This document shows, piece after piece, positions 9,094-18,264 of a DNA stretch of 64,000 nucleotides (the first letter of the stretch is position 1; every line of letters starts with the position of its first letter). Below the pieces are notes generated by a model. It was not told the DNA's origin and made no database searches. It saw only the letters and a program-made list of their open reading frames with translations. The DNA comes from Acidobacteriota bacterium (GTDB lineage: Bacteria > Acidobacteriota > Thermoanaerobaculia > UBA5066 > Gp7-AA6), in NCBI GenBank assembly GCA_050257975.1, contig JBLMXY010000224.1, positions 17,087 to 81,086 on the forward strand, given 5' to 3'. Position numbers and translations under genes: made by a program.

Positions 9094-9972
9094 CTACCGC
9101 CCGGCTCCGGCCGCCGCGAAGGCTTCCTCCGCGCGGTAGGAGGAGCGCACGAACGGCCCGGCAAAGACGTGGCGGAACCCCAGACGCTCCCCCGCCACGC
9201 GGTGCTCCTCGAAGACCTCCGGGCGCACGTACTCGACGACCGGCAGGCACTCGCGCGACGGCCGCAGGTACTGGCCGATCGTGACGACGTCGACCCGGGC
9301 TTCGCGCAGCCTCTCGAGGAGCTCCTCCACCTCTCCGCTCGTCTCGCCCAGTCCCAGCATGAAGCCCGACTTGGTCGTGAGCGTCGGATCCACGTCCTTC
9401 GCCGCGGAGAGCACTTCAAGCGACCGGTCGAGCCGGGCGCCGCGCCGTACCGTCGGGTAGAGACGGGACACGGTCTCGACGTTGTGGTTGAACACGTCGG
9501 GCCGCGCCTCGACGACGGAGCGCACCGATTCGAGGCGGCCTTTGAAGTCCGGCGTCAGGACTTCGACTCCGGGGACAGGCTCCAGCCGGCGCAGGGCCCC
9601 GATCGCGGCCGCGAAATGCGCCGCGCCTCCGTCGGGCAGATCGTCCCGATCGACCGAGGTCAGCACGACGTAGGCGAGCCCCATCTCGCGCACGGCCGCC
9701 GCCACCCGGGCGGGCTCGAGGGGATCGATCGGAAGCGGACGGCCGGTTCGAATGTCGCAGAAGCCGCAGGCGCGGGTGCAGACGTCGCCAAGCAGCAGGA
9801 ACGTCGCCGTCCCGTGCGAGAAGCATTCTCCGCGGTTGGGGCAGCGGGCCTCCTCGCACACGGTCGAGAGCCCTCGCGCGCGCATCAGGCTCTTGACGGG
9901 GTGAAGCCGCGACAGCCGGATCCGCTTCTCGCGAATCCACTCGGGCGCCCGCTCCGCCGGGCCGGGGCTCAA
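9094..9972 (-). CDS. lipA: Lipoyl synthase (radical SAM). The true start is internal to the 479-aa track ORF, probably a TTG at ~9972 abutting the SPOR gene stop.
   Basis: CEEARCPNRGECF...TATFLLLGDVCTRACGFCDI...VLTSVDRDDLPDGGAAHFA...GQYLRPS. This is the two-cysteine-cluster LipA signature. Confidence 0.9.
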   Translation of the reverse strand: MSPGPAERAPEWIREKRIRLSRLHPVKSLMRARGLSTVCEEARCPNRGECFSHGTATFLLLGDVCTRACGFCDIRTGRPLPIDPLEPARVAAAVREMGLAYVVLTSVDRDDLPDGGAAHFAAAIGALRRLEPVPGVEVLTPDFKGRLESVRSVVEARPDVFNHNVETVSRLYPTVRRGARLDRSLEVLSAAKDVDPTLTTKSGFMLGLGETSGEVEELLERLREARVDVVTIGQYLRPSRECLPVVEYVRPEVFEEHRVAGERLGFRHVFAGPFVRSSYRAEEAFAAAGAGR

Positions 9973-10601
9973 TGCTCCTCCCGCACGATCCAGGTCTGGG
10001 AGATCTTCTCCGCCTGGCGGAGCCTCTCCGCCGCCCGCGTCGCCTCCGGCTCGGTTCGGTAGGGGCCGACGCGGACGCGAAACACCCTTCCCCGCGACGT
10101 CTGGGCTTCGGCGATCTGGGCGTGATGGCCGCGCCGGGAGAGCCGGCCCGCGAGCGACTCCGCTTCGCCGCGGGAGGCGAGCGAGGCGACCTGGATCCAG
10201 ATGCCGGGCGCCGCCGGAGCGGCCGCGGCCGGCGCGCGCCTGCCCGGGGCCGCAGCGGGTGTCGGCTCGCTCGGCCCGCGGTCCTCGAAGGCCTGCAGGA
10301 CGGCCGGCGGGGTCGGCGCCTCCGCCGGAACGGCGGCCTCCGGCGCGGTCTCCGGGGCAAGCCGCGTCCGGGAGGGGCCGGCCGCCGCCGGCGTGCCGGC
10401 TCGTTCGGCGGCCTGTTCCGGGGCCGCCGTCGGCGCCGCGGCGGCCTCGGCCGCCCGCGGCGGTCCCGGCGCGCGGCCCGAGAGCCCCGTCATGAGACCG
10501 AAGAAGAAGGACAGGCCCAGGGCGAGCAGGCACACGACGAAGAACGCCATCGCCTGCTTCGCGGTGAAGGAAAGCTGGTAGTGACTGCGGGATTCCGGCA
10601 C
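9969..10601 (-). CDS. SPOR-domain protein (peptidoglycan-binding, cell-division associated). N-terminal TM, Pro/Ala-rich linker, C-terminal SPOR.
   Basis: TM helix AMAFFVVCLLALGLSFFFGLMTGL. C-terminal WIQVASLASRGEAESLAGRL...FRVRVGPYRTEPEATRAAERLRQ matches SPOR. Confidence 0.75.
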   Translation of the reverse strand: MPESRSHYQLSFTAKQAMAFFVVCLLALGLSFFFGLMTGLSGRAPGPPRAAEAAAAPTAAPEQAAERAGTPAAAGPSRTRLAPETAPEAAVPAEAPTPPAVLQAFEDRGPSEPTPAAAPGRRAPAAAAPAAPGIWIQVASLASRGEAESLAGRLSRRGHHAQIAEAQTSRGRVFRVRVGPYRTEPEATRAAERLRQAEKISQTWIVREEH

Positions 10602-10635
10602 GGCGGCAGTTTACAAGAGCCGCCGCCGCGGGCGA

Positions 10636-11394
10636 CTACTTCTCCTTCGAGATGAAGTTCTTGAGCAGCTCGATCGGAAGCGGGAAGAGGATCGTCGAGT
10701 TCTTCTCGCTCGCGATCTCCGTCAGGGTCTGCAGGTACCGAAGCTGCAGCGTCGCCGGCTGCCGGCCGATGATCTCGGCGGCTTCGGAGAGCTTGGCGGC
10801 GGCTTCGAACTCGCCGGCCGCATGGATGATCTTGGCCCGCTTTTCGCGCTCGGCCTCCGCCTGCTTCGCCATCGCGCGCTGCATCTCGGGGGGAAGGTCG
10901 ACCTGCTTGACTTCGACCAGCGACACCTTCACGCCCCAGGGGCTCGTGTGCTCGTCGATGACCTTCTGGAGCGCCACGTTCAGCTTCTCCCGCTCCGAGA
11001 GGAGCTCGTCGAGCAGCGCCTGGCCCAGGATGCTGCGAAGCGTCGTCTGCGCGAGCTGGGAGGTCGCGTACAGGTAGTTCTCCACCTGGACGACCGCCTT
11101 GTTGGGGTCGACGACGCGGAAATAGACCACCGCGTTGACCTTCACGGAGACGTTGTCGCGGGTGATGATGTCCTGCGTCGGGACGTCGTGCACGACCGTC
11201 CGCATCGAGATGCGGACCATCGTCTCGACGGGCCAGAAGATCAGGACGAGCCCGGGTCCCTTCGCCTCCTGCGAGAGGCGCCCGAGCCAGAAGGTCACCG
11301 CCCGCTCGTATTCCCTCAGGACGTTGATCCACTTGAAGAGCAGCAGCAGGCCGATGAAGGCGGCGATCAAGAGTCCAGGAAGTGCGACAAGCAT
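10636..11394 (-). CDS. SPFH/band-7 (stomatin/QmcA-like) membrane protein.
   Basis: N-terminal TM, then [67 protein letters not shown]..., characteristic of stomatin-like proteins. ATG at 11394 overlaps the NfeD stop by 1 nt. Confidence 0.88.
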   Translation of the reverse strand: MLVALPGLLIAAFIGLLLLFKWINVLREYERAVTFWLGRLSQEAKGPGLVLIFWPVETMVRISMRTVVHDVPTQDIITRDNVSVKVNAVVYFRVVDPNKAVVQVENYLYATSQLAQTTLRSILGQALLDELLSEREKLNVALQKVIDEHTSPWGVKVSLVEVKQVDLPPEMQRAMAKQAEAEREKRAKIIHAAGEFEAAAKLSEAAEIIGRQPATLQLRYLQTLTEIASEKNSTILFPLPIELLKNFISKEK

Positions 11395-12700
11395 CAGGTC
11401 CTCCGTTCTACAAGAAGCGTCAGGCCGTCCACGCGCACGATGCGAACCGCGTCTCCCGGCTCGAGATCCGACGGCCCCCTCGCGTCCCAGTACTCTCCGA
11501 ACACGTGGACCCGGCCGCTCCCGCCGGCAAACGGCTCGACGACCCGCGCCGTCTCGCCGACCATTCCGGCCGCGCCCGTCGTGGCCGGCCGCCGGCGAAG
11601 CTGGACGGTCCGCGCGGTCAGCATTCCGATGACCGCCAGGGTCAGCAGCAGCGTGGGAAGGAGGATGCCGAGGTCCACGCGGTAGGGGGACTCGCCGCCG
11701 CGGCCCGTAAAGAGCATCAGCGATCCCGCGACAAGCGCGATCGCTCCCCCGGCCGCCAGAACGCCGTGGCTGACGACCTTGATCTCGGCGACGAAGAGCC
11801 CGATCCCGAAGAGGATCAGGGCGAGCCCCGCCAGATTGACCGGGAGCACGGAGAACGCATACAGGGCGAGCAGCAGCGAGATTCCGCCCACGACCCCGGG
11901 CAGGATCGCGCCGGGGGAAGAGAGCTCGAAGTAGAGCCCCACCAGGCCCAGCAGGAAGAGCACGTACGCCACGTTGGGATGCGAAACGACTCCCAGCAGC
12001 TTGTCGATCGTTCCCATCTCGCGCTGCTCGATTCGCGCGCCCGCGAGGTGGAGCGTCACCGGCGGAGCTCCGACCCGCGTGACCTTGCGGCCGTCGAGCT
12101 GCTTCAAGAGATCGGGCACGTCGCGTGCCACGATCTCGATCAGCCCCGCCTCCTTCGCCTCGGACTCGGTGTAGGAGACGCTCTGGGAGACCGCCGCTTC
12201 CGCCTTCTCGACGTTGCGCCCCCTCTGGGAGGCGAGCGTGCGGATGAAGGCGCGGGCATCCTGCTCCGCCTTTTCGTTCAACGTCTTGGGCAGATCCTGA
12301 CCCTCGCCCGCGACCGGGTGAGCGGCTCCGGCGTTGGTCCCGGGAGCCATGGCCGCGATGTCGCCGGAGAGCAGCAGGAAGAACCCCGCCGAAGCGGCCT
12401 GAGCCCCCGAAGGAGAAACGAACATGGCGACCGGAACCCGCGAGAGCAGCACCGCGGTGCTCATCTCCCGGGTCGAGGAGAACAGTCCCCCGGGCGTCGA
12501 CAGCCCGACGACGACCACGCTCGCGCCGTCGCGTTCGGCATCGCGCAGCAGCTTCTTCAGGTAATCCGCCGCCGCGGGATGCACGGGCGTATCGATCCGT
12601 CCGACCCGAGCGAGGGGCGCCGCCGAATCCGCGCCGCGCAGGGCGGCCGGCATTCCGAGAAGCAGGACCGCGATTCCGACCGCGAGTCTCCGACTCAAGG
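11394..12700 (-). CDS. NfeD-family membrane-bound ClpP-class serine protease, partner of the SPFH protein. The start is approximate (TTG/ATG around 12650-12700).
   Basis: C-terminal ~430 aa of the spurious 1515-aa track ORF: signal peptide [24 protein letters not shown]; ClpP-like block [19 protein letters not shown]...[27 protein letters not shown]; several TM helices; C-terminal OB-fold ([15 protein letters not shown]). Confidence 0.85.
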
Positions 12701-12743
12701 AAATCGATTCTATCGCAGCGAGCGCCGCGCTATAACTGCGCGC

Positions 12744-13601
12744 GTGCGCATCCGCCCTCTCGAGGCGATCAACCTGGGCGTCCTGGCCGCCCTTTCCCTG
12801 CTGACGCTTCTCTTCTATTCCGCGCTTCCGGATCCCGGGGAGATCCTGCTCCGCTTCGCGCTGATGGGCGGCTTCCTCGCGCTGATCGTCTTCCTGGCCC
12901 GGCGCGCCGAACGGCTTCCCCCGGCGATTCGGGTCGGCGTGGACTTCTACCCCGCCGCCTTCATCCCGTTCGTCTTCGAAAGCCTGGGACCGCTGATCGC
13001 CGCGGCCCGGGGACGCGCGCGGGACGACCTGCTGATCGCCGCGGACCGCGCCCTCTTCGGCACGGACGTCACGGTGTGGCTCGAGCGGCTCGCGCGCCCC
13101 TGGCTGACCGACATCTTCTACCTCTTCTACTCGAGCTACTACTTCATGGCGATCGTTCTGGGGGCGGTCCTCTGGCGCCGCAGCGTGCCGACCGCGCGCC
13201 GGTACATCTTCACGCTGACCTTCTGCTACTTCGTCTCGTACATCGGATACTTCGTGCTCCCGGCGCTCGGCCCGCGCTTCGCCCTCGCGTCCCGTCAGAC
13301 GATCGTCCTGGAGACGACACCGCTGTCGCGGGCCATTTCCTCCACGATCAACGAGCTCGAGCGCACGAAGTTCGACGTCTTCCCGTCGGGGCACACGATG
13401 ATCGCGGCCGCGGTGCTGCTGGTCGCCTTCCGGCGGGCGCGCGGGGTCTTCTGGATCCTGCTGCCGTTCGGCACGGGTCTGATCGTCTCGACGGTGTACT
13501 GCCGCTACCACTACGTCGTCGACGTGCTGGCGGGGCTGGCGCTGGCGTTTGCGAGCGTGCCGCTCGGCGACCGGATCTACGACCGCGCGGCGGCGGGCTG
13601 A
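12744..13601 (+). CDS. PAP2-superfamily phosphatase (phosphatidic acid / lipid phosphate phosphatase-like membrane protein). GTG start ~12744.
   Basis: Multi-TM. PAP2 motifs ...FPSGHTMIAAAVLL... and ...YCRYHYVVDVLAGLALAF (SR-x5-H-x3-D). The first ~450 aa of the 739-aa track ORF are spurious. Confidence 0.8.
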   Translation: MRIRPLEAINLGVLAALSLLTLLFYSALPDPGEILLRFALMGGFLALIVFLARRAERLPPAIRVGVDFYPAAFIPFVFESLGPLIAAARGRARDDLLIAADRALFGTDVTVWLERLARPWLTDIFYLFYSSYYFMAIVLGAVLWRRSVPTARRYIFTLTFCYFVSYIGYFVLPALGPRFALASRQTIVLETTPLSRAISSTINELERTKFDVFPSGHTMIAAAVLLVAFRRARGVFWILLPFGTGLIVSTVYCRYHYVVDVLAGLALAFASVPLGDRIYDRAAAG

Positions 13602-14740
13602 GAAAGGTCCTTCTCGTACATGCGGTAGGTCTTGTAGAGCCGCCCGCCCCAGACCCTCATCCCGCGGATCATCAGCTCGTTGTCCTCGAGGAGCCACGAG
13701 ACCTCGCAGCCCGTGTAGCCGCGCGAGAGGGCGGCGCGCAGGCTCTGCTCGAAGAGAAGGGACTGGAGGCCGCGGGACCGGTACTCCTTCTTGACGCCGA
13801 GAGTCAGAACGCGCACGGTCTTGATGCGGCGCATTCCGAGCAGGAACTTGAGCCAGCCGAACGGGAGCAGCCTGCCCTGAAGCGGCGCCATCGCCGTGTT
13901 GTAGTCGGGCAGCGTCATCATGAAGGCCACCGGCTCGACCGAGCCGTCCGGCCGGTCGTAGACGCCGAGCAGGGCGAAGTCCGCCACGAGCAGAGGCTTC
14001 ATCCGCTTCGCCATGAAGTCCATCTCTTCGGGAGTCATCGGCACGAAGCCCCAGTTCTTCTCCCACGCGGCGTTGTAGACCTCGCGCACCAGGGGCAAGT
14101 CCTTCTCGAGGCTTGCCTTGGAGATCTTGCGCATCCGGAAGGTCTTCTCTTCCCGGCGGAGGCGCTCGTTGACCCGGGTGAACCGCTCCAGGGGCCTGGG
14201 ACCGATCTCGAACCAGAAGGCGAGCAGGTCCTTCGCCTTTCGGAACCCCGACCCTTCGTAGAGCGCCGGGTAGAAACGGGGGTTGTAGGTCATCATGAGC
14301 ACGGGCGGGGACTCGAAACCGTCGACGAGCAGGCCCGCCTCGTCGTTCAAGGAAGGGTTGGCCGGCCCGCGAATCACCGTCATCTTGCGCTCGCGGGCCC
14401 AGAGGCACGCCGCTTCGAACAGGACCCGCGCCACGCCGGGATCGTCGACCGATTCGAAGTAGCCGAAGAACGCGGCCTTCTCCCCGTGGAATTCGTTGTG
14501 GCCGCGGTCGAGGATTGCCGCGATCCGGCCGACATCGGTTCCGTCGCGCCGCGCGAGGAAGAGCTGCATCTCCGCGTGGCGAAAGAACGGGTTCTCGAGC
14601 GAGAAGACCTTCGCCAGATCGTCGCGGATCGGCGCGACCCAGTTCGGGTCGCCCGCGTAGACCCGGTCCGCGACGTCGAAGAACCGGCGGAGCTCCCTCT
14701 TGCTCCGGCCGATCCTTTCGATCGAGACGGAACCGCTCAT
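13577..14740 (-). CDS. GNAT-fold N-acyltransferase (long FemAB/BioF2-like type). Candidate bacterial ceramide synthase (bCerS-like).
   Basis: 387 aa with a GNAT-type C-terminal half (…TLGVKKEYRSRGLQSLLFEQSLRAALSRGYTGCEVSWLLEDNELMIRGMRVWGG). Lies immediately downstream of a serine palmitoyltransferase-type gene. Confidence 0.5.
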   Translation of the reverse strand: MSGSVSIERIGRSKRELRRFFDVADRVYAGDPNWVAPIRDDLAKVFSLENPFFRHAEMQLFLARRDGTDVGRIAAILDRGHNEFHGEKAAFFGYFESVDDPGVARVLFEAACLWARERKMTVIRGPANPSLNDEAGLLVDGFESPPVLMMTYNPRFYPALYEGSGFRKAKDLLAFWFEIGPRPLERFTRVNERLRREEKTFRMRKISKASLEKDLPLVREVYNAAWEKNWGFVPMTPEEMDFMAKRMKPLLVADFALLGVYDRPDGSVEPVAFMMTLPDYNTAMAPLQGRLLPFGWLKFLLGMRRIKTVRVLTLGVKKEYRSRGLQSLLFEQSLRAALSRGYTGCEVSWLLEDNELMIRGMRVWGGRLYKTYRMYEKDLSQPAAARS

Positions 14741-14761
14741 CCGGGAGGAGCCGGGAGCCGT

Positions 14762-16018
14762 CTAGACAACGGCCGGCGAGAGCACGCCGACCTCGCGTCC
14801 GACCCTTCCCATCACCTCGAGAGCCCGCGCGAGCTGCTCGCGCGTATGGGTGGCCATCAGCGACGTGCGGATGAGCGCCCGGCCCGGAGGCGTGGCCGGC
14901 GACAGCACGCAGTTGACGAAGATGCCCTCCTCGTGGAGGCGCTGGACCATGCGCAGGGCCGCCAGGTCTTCGCCCACGACCACCGGGACGACCGGGGTCT
15001 GCGATTCGCCCGTGTCGAAGCCGAGCGAACGCAGCCCCGCGGCGAAGAAGCGCGTGTTGTCCCAGAGGCGCTGGCGGCGCTCGGGCTCGCCCTCCATGAT
15101 GTCGATCGTGGCGAGCGCCGCGGCCACGGATGCCGGCGGCGGCGCCGCCGAAAAGATCATCGTGCGGGCGCGGTGCTTGATGTAGTCGATGACGACCTCG
15201 TCGCCTGCGATGAATCCTCCGACGGAGGCCATGGACTTGGAGAAGGTGCCCATGATGAGGTCCACTTCGTCTTCCAGCCCGAAGTGCTCTGCTGTGCCGC
15301 GCCCGGTCGGCCCCAGAACGCCGATGCTGTGCGCGTCGTCGACCATGAGGCCCGCCTCGAACTCGCGCGCCGCGGCGACGAGTTCCGGCAGGGGCGCGAT
15401 GTCGCCCTCCATCGAGAAGACGCCGTCCACGACGATGAGCCGCCCTTTCGCGTCGGCGTCGTTCTTCATCTGTCGCCGCAGATCGGCCACGTCGTTGTGG
15501 CGGAACTTGCAGATGTCGCCGAAGGAGAGCCGCGCTCCGTCGATGATGCAGGCATGGTCCTGCTTGTCGAGGTAGACCGTGTCGCCCTTTCCGACCAGGC
15601 AGGAGATGGCGCCCAGGTTGACCTGGAACCCGGTGGCGAACACGATGGCCGCGTCCTTGCGGATGAACTGCGCCAGGCGCCGCTCGAGCTCGACGTGCAG
15701 GTCGAGCGTTCCGTTCAAGAAGCGGCTGCCGGCGCAGCCGGAGCCGTACTTGCGGATCGCGGCGAGGGCGGCTTCCTTGACCCGGGGGTCGTTGGTCAGG
15801 CCGAGGTAGTTGTTGGAGCCCAGCATGAGCAGCCGCCGGCCCCCGATGGAAACTTCGGGATCCTGCGCCGACTCGACCACGCGGAAGAAGGAATAGACCC
15901 CCGCCTCCCGGACGCGCTTTGCCTCCTCGAAGCGTTCGCACTTGTCGAAGATCGGGGAGGACCGCACCACTCCCCTTCGGGCCGCCAAGGCAGCGGGCTT
16001 GCTCATTCTTACTCCCAC
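14762..16018 (-). CDS. Alpha-oxoamine synthase family PLP enzyme, most consistent with serine palmitoyltransferase (Spt). An 8-amino-7-oxononanoate synthase-like enzyme is the alternative.
   Basis: ...LLMLGSNNYLGLTNDPRVKEAA...GSGCAGSRFLNGT...DDAHSIGVLGPTGRGTAEHFGL...DLIMGTFSKSMASVGGFIAG, with the PLP-lysine motif GTFSKS. Confidence 0.8.
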   Translation of the reverse strand: MGVRMSKPAALAARRGVVRSSPIFDKCERFEEAKRVREAGVYSFFRVVESAQDPEVSIGGRRLLMLGSNNYLGLTNDPRVKEAALAAIRKYGSGCAGSRFLNGTLDLHVELERRLAQFIRKDAAIVFATGFQVNLGAISCLVGKGDTVYLDKQDHACIIDGARLSFGDICKFRHNDVADLRRQMKNDADAKGRLIVVDGVFSMEGDIAPLPELVAAAREFEAGLMVDDAHSIGVLGPTGRGTAEHFGLEDEVDLIMGTFSKSMASVGGFIAGDEVVIDYIKHRARTMIFSAAPPPASVAAALATIDIMEGEPERRQRLWDNTRFFAAGLRSLGFDTGESQTPVVPVVVGEDLAALRMVQRLHEEGIFVNCVLSPATPPGRALIRTSLMATHTREQLARALEVMGRVGREVGVLSPAVV

Positions 16019-16058
16019 CGTCGAGGACCTACCGAGTTCTCCGGGATCTTAGCAAATT

Positions 16059-17045
16059 TTACAAATTCAACCATCCCTGCCGGCGGTACCAGTCCCAGGT
16101 GTCCGAAAGCCCCCGGTCGAGCGGGATGGGAGCCGGAAGCCCGAGCTCCGCCGCCAGTCCGGGCTCACAAATCCATTCCCCGGCAAGGAGTTCGCGCGCC
16201 TTGTCCGCGTTGAAGGGCTGCGACCGTTTCGTCGCCATCTCGCCGAGCGTCGCCGCCAAGCCCGCCAGCCGAACGAGCACATCCGGCACGGGAACGAGGC
16301 GAGCCTTTCTGTCGGGCAGGCGCGCGATCAGGGCGGCCAGCCGCCCGACGGTCACCGGCTCGGGATCGCAAAGGAAGGCGATTCGAGAGGCGAGGTCCGG
16401 CCGGCCCGCGGCCCGGGCGACGGCGAGCGCGATGGAGGCCGCCGCGGCGATCTGGATGCGGCGGCCCGCAGCCGGCACGGGGATCCAGCCGGAGGCGGCC
16501 ATGCGGAAATAGGTCAGGAGTCCCCGGTCACCCGGGCCGTAGATCACCCCCGGCCGGAGAACGATCCACGCGCCCTTCCAGCCCCGCCGTACGGCCTCCT
16601 CCCCTTCGAGCTTCGAGACGCCGTACCAGGAAACCGGCCGCGGAGGGTCGGAAGGCTTCACGGGGCTCCCGTCGCGGGAAGGCCCTGCGGCGGCCTGGGT
16701 CGAGACGTAGACGAACGTCGCGCCCGGCGCCGACTCCGCCGCGGCGGCGACCAGCCGCTCTGTCCCCCGGAGGTTGACCTCCCGGTAGTCCTCGAGGCGG
16801 CGGGCCTTCAGCAGGCCGGCCGCGTGCACGATCGCCTCGCAGCCCGAAGCTCCGGCCGCGAGCTCCGCCGTCTTCGACAGGTCGCCGCGGACGACCTCGA
16901 CCGCCACTCCGGAAAGAACCGGCGAAAGAGCGGGGTCGCTTCGCGCGAGGACGCGCACGCTCCAGCCCTCCTCGATCAGGGCGCGGGCGACGTGACCGCC
17001 CAGAAATCCGGTGGCGCCGGTCAGCAGAGCCTTGCGGCCACTCAC
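16059..17045 (-). CDS. NAD(P)-dependent epimerase/dehydratase-family (extended SDR) protein. Candidate ceramide reductase (CerR-like). GTG start ~17045 just after the aminotransferase stop.
   Basis: Rossmann motif ALLTGATGFLGGHVARAL and YGVSK (YxxxK). The first ~49 aa of the track ORF are spurious. Confidence 0.6.
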   Translation of the reverse strand: MSGRKALLTGATGFLGGHVARALIEEGWSVRVLARSDPALSPVLSGVAVEVVRGDLSKTAELAAGASGCEAIVHAAGLLKARRLEDYREVNLRGTERLVAAAAESAPGATFVYVSTQAAAGPSRDGSPVKPSDPPRPVSWYGVSKLEGEEAVRRGWKGAWIVLRPGVIYGPGDRGLLTYFRMAASGWIPVPAAGRRIQIAAAASIALAVARAAGRPDLASRIAFLCDPEPVTVGRLAALIARLPDRKARLVPVPDVLVRLAGLAATLGEMATKRSQPFNADKARELLAGEWICEPGLAAELGLPAPIPLDRGLSDTWDWYRRQGWLNL

Positions 17046-17070
17046 GACTCGATTCCGGCGCGGCCGCCGG

Positions 17071-18264
17071 TCAGCTCCCGGCGGCCCAGACGGCCAGACG
17101 CCGGATGCCCTCCTCGACCCGCTCGATTCCGGTCGCGAAGGAGAAGCGCACACAGGCGTCGTTGCCGAAGGCGTCTCCCGGCACGGCGGCAACGTGCGCC
17201 TCGCCGAGGAGGCGCTTGCAGAACTCCGTCGATCCCGAAACGCCCTTCGGGCGAAACAGGTCCGAGACGTCGGCGAAGGCGTAGAAGGAGCCCTCGGGCC
17301 AGCCCACGCGCACGCCCGGGATCTTCCGGAGCCCTTCGACCATGACCCGGCGGCGGCGTTCGTAGTGGCCGAGCATCTCGGCGACGGAGCGCTCCGTGCG
17401 CTCGGAATCGTTCAAAGCGGCGAGCACCGCCGCCTGCGAGATCGAAGACGCATTGGATGTCGAATGGCTCTGGTAGGAGACCATGGCGGCGACGATGTCC
17501 GCCGGCCCGACGGCCCAGCCCAGGCGCCACCCCGTCATGGCGTAGGTCTTCGACGCCGCGCCGGTCACGATGACGCGGTCGCGATGCTCGGGCAGGGACG
17601 CCGCCGAGACGTGGCGCCGCCCGTCGTAGAGGAAGCGGTCGTAGGTCTCGTCGAAGATGAGCCAGGCGTCGTGCGCGCCGCACCAGTCGAGAAGCCGCGC
17701 GAGCTCGTCGAGGGAAGAGACGGCGCCGGTCGGGTTGTTGGGCGAGTTCAGGATCACCCCGCGCGTGCGCGGGCCGCAGACCGGCGCGAGGCGCTCGGCG
17801 GTCGCGTGCCAGCCCGATTCCAGGTCGGTCGCGACCACGAGCGGCTCCGCGCCCGCCAGCCGGACCATCTCGGGGAAAGACACCCAGTAGGGAGAAAAGA
17901 GCGCCACCTCGTCGCCCTCCTGGAAGAGGGCCTGGCAGGCGTTGAAGACCGCCTGCTTGGCGCCCGCCGTCACGAGAACGTTCTCGCGCCCGTACGGCGC
18001 GCGATGCTCCCGGCGGTACTTCTCCGCGATCGCGTCGCGAAGAGAGGGATCCCCAGCCGTGTCCGTGTACTTGGTGCGCCCCGCGCCGATTGCCTCGCGG
18101 CCGGCCTCCGCCACGAAGTCGGGCGTCGCGAAATCGGGCTCGCCCAGGCCGAAATCCACGACGTCCGCGCCGGAGGCGGCCAGGGCCTTGGCCGCGCGCG
18201 CGACGGCGGCCGTCGAGGAGGCCGCAAGCCCGGCCGCCCGGCGGGACAGCCGCGGGCGGCTCAC
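17071..18264 (-). CDS. Class I (aspartate/aromatic) aminotransferase, PLP-dependent. GTG start at 18264 overlaps the CaCA gene stop (GTGA).
   Basis: C-terminal 397 aa of the spurious 1323-aa track ORF: VSRPRLSRRAAGLAASSTAAVARAAKALAASGADVVDFGLGEPDFATP...ILNSPNNPTG...GAASKTYAMTGWRLGWAV. Confidence 0.85.
   Translation of the reverse strand: MSRPRLSRRAAGLAASSTAAVARAAKALAASGADVVDFGLGEPDFATPDFVAEAGREAIGAGRTKYTDTAGDPSLRDAIAEKYRREHRAPYGRENVLVTAGAKQAVFNACQALFQEGDEVALFSPYWVSFPEMVRLAGAEPLVVATDLESGWHATAERLAPVCGPRTRGVILNSPNNPTGAVSSLDELARLLDWCGAHDAWLIFDETYDRFLYDGRRHVSAASLPEHRDRVIVTGAASKTYAMTGWRLGWAVGPADIVAAMVSYQSHSTSNASSISQAAVLAALNDSERTERSVAEMLGHYERRRRVMVEGLRKIPGVRVGWPEGSFYAFADVSDLFRPKGVSGSTEFCKRLLGEAHVAAVPGDAFGNDACVRFSFATGIERVEEGIRRLAVWAAGS

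Noticed and set aside
7404-9419. 671-aa minus ORF overlapping lnt
   Set aside because: It is in a different frame from the recognisable Lnt sequence, and is Arg/Ser/Pro-rich.
11394-15941. 1515-aa minus-strand ORF
   Set aside because: Only the last ~430 aa (NfeD protease) look real. The remainder is an Arg/Gly/Pro-rich run-on antisense to the PAP2, GNAT and Spt genes, typical of GC-rich DNA.
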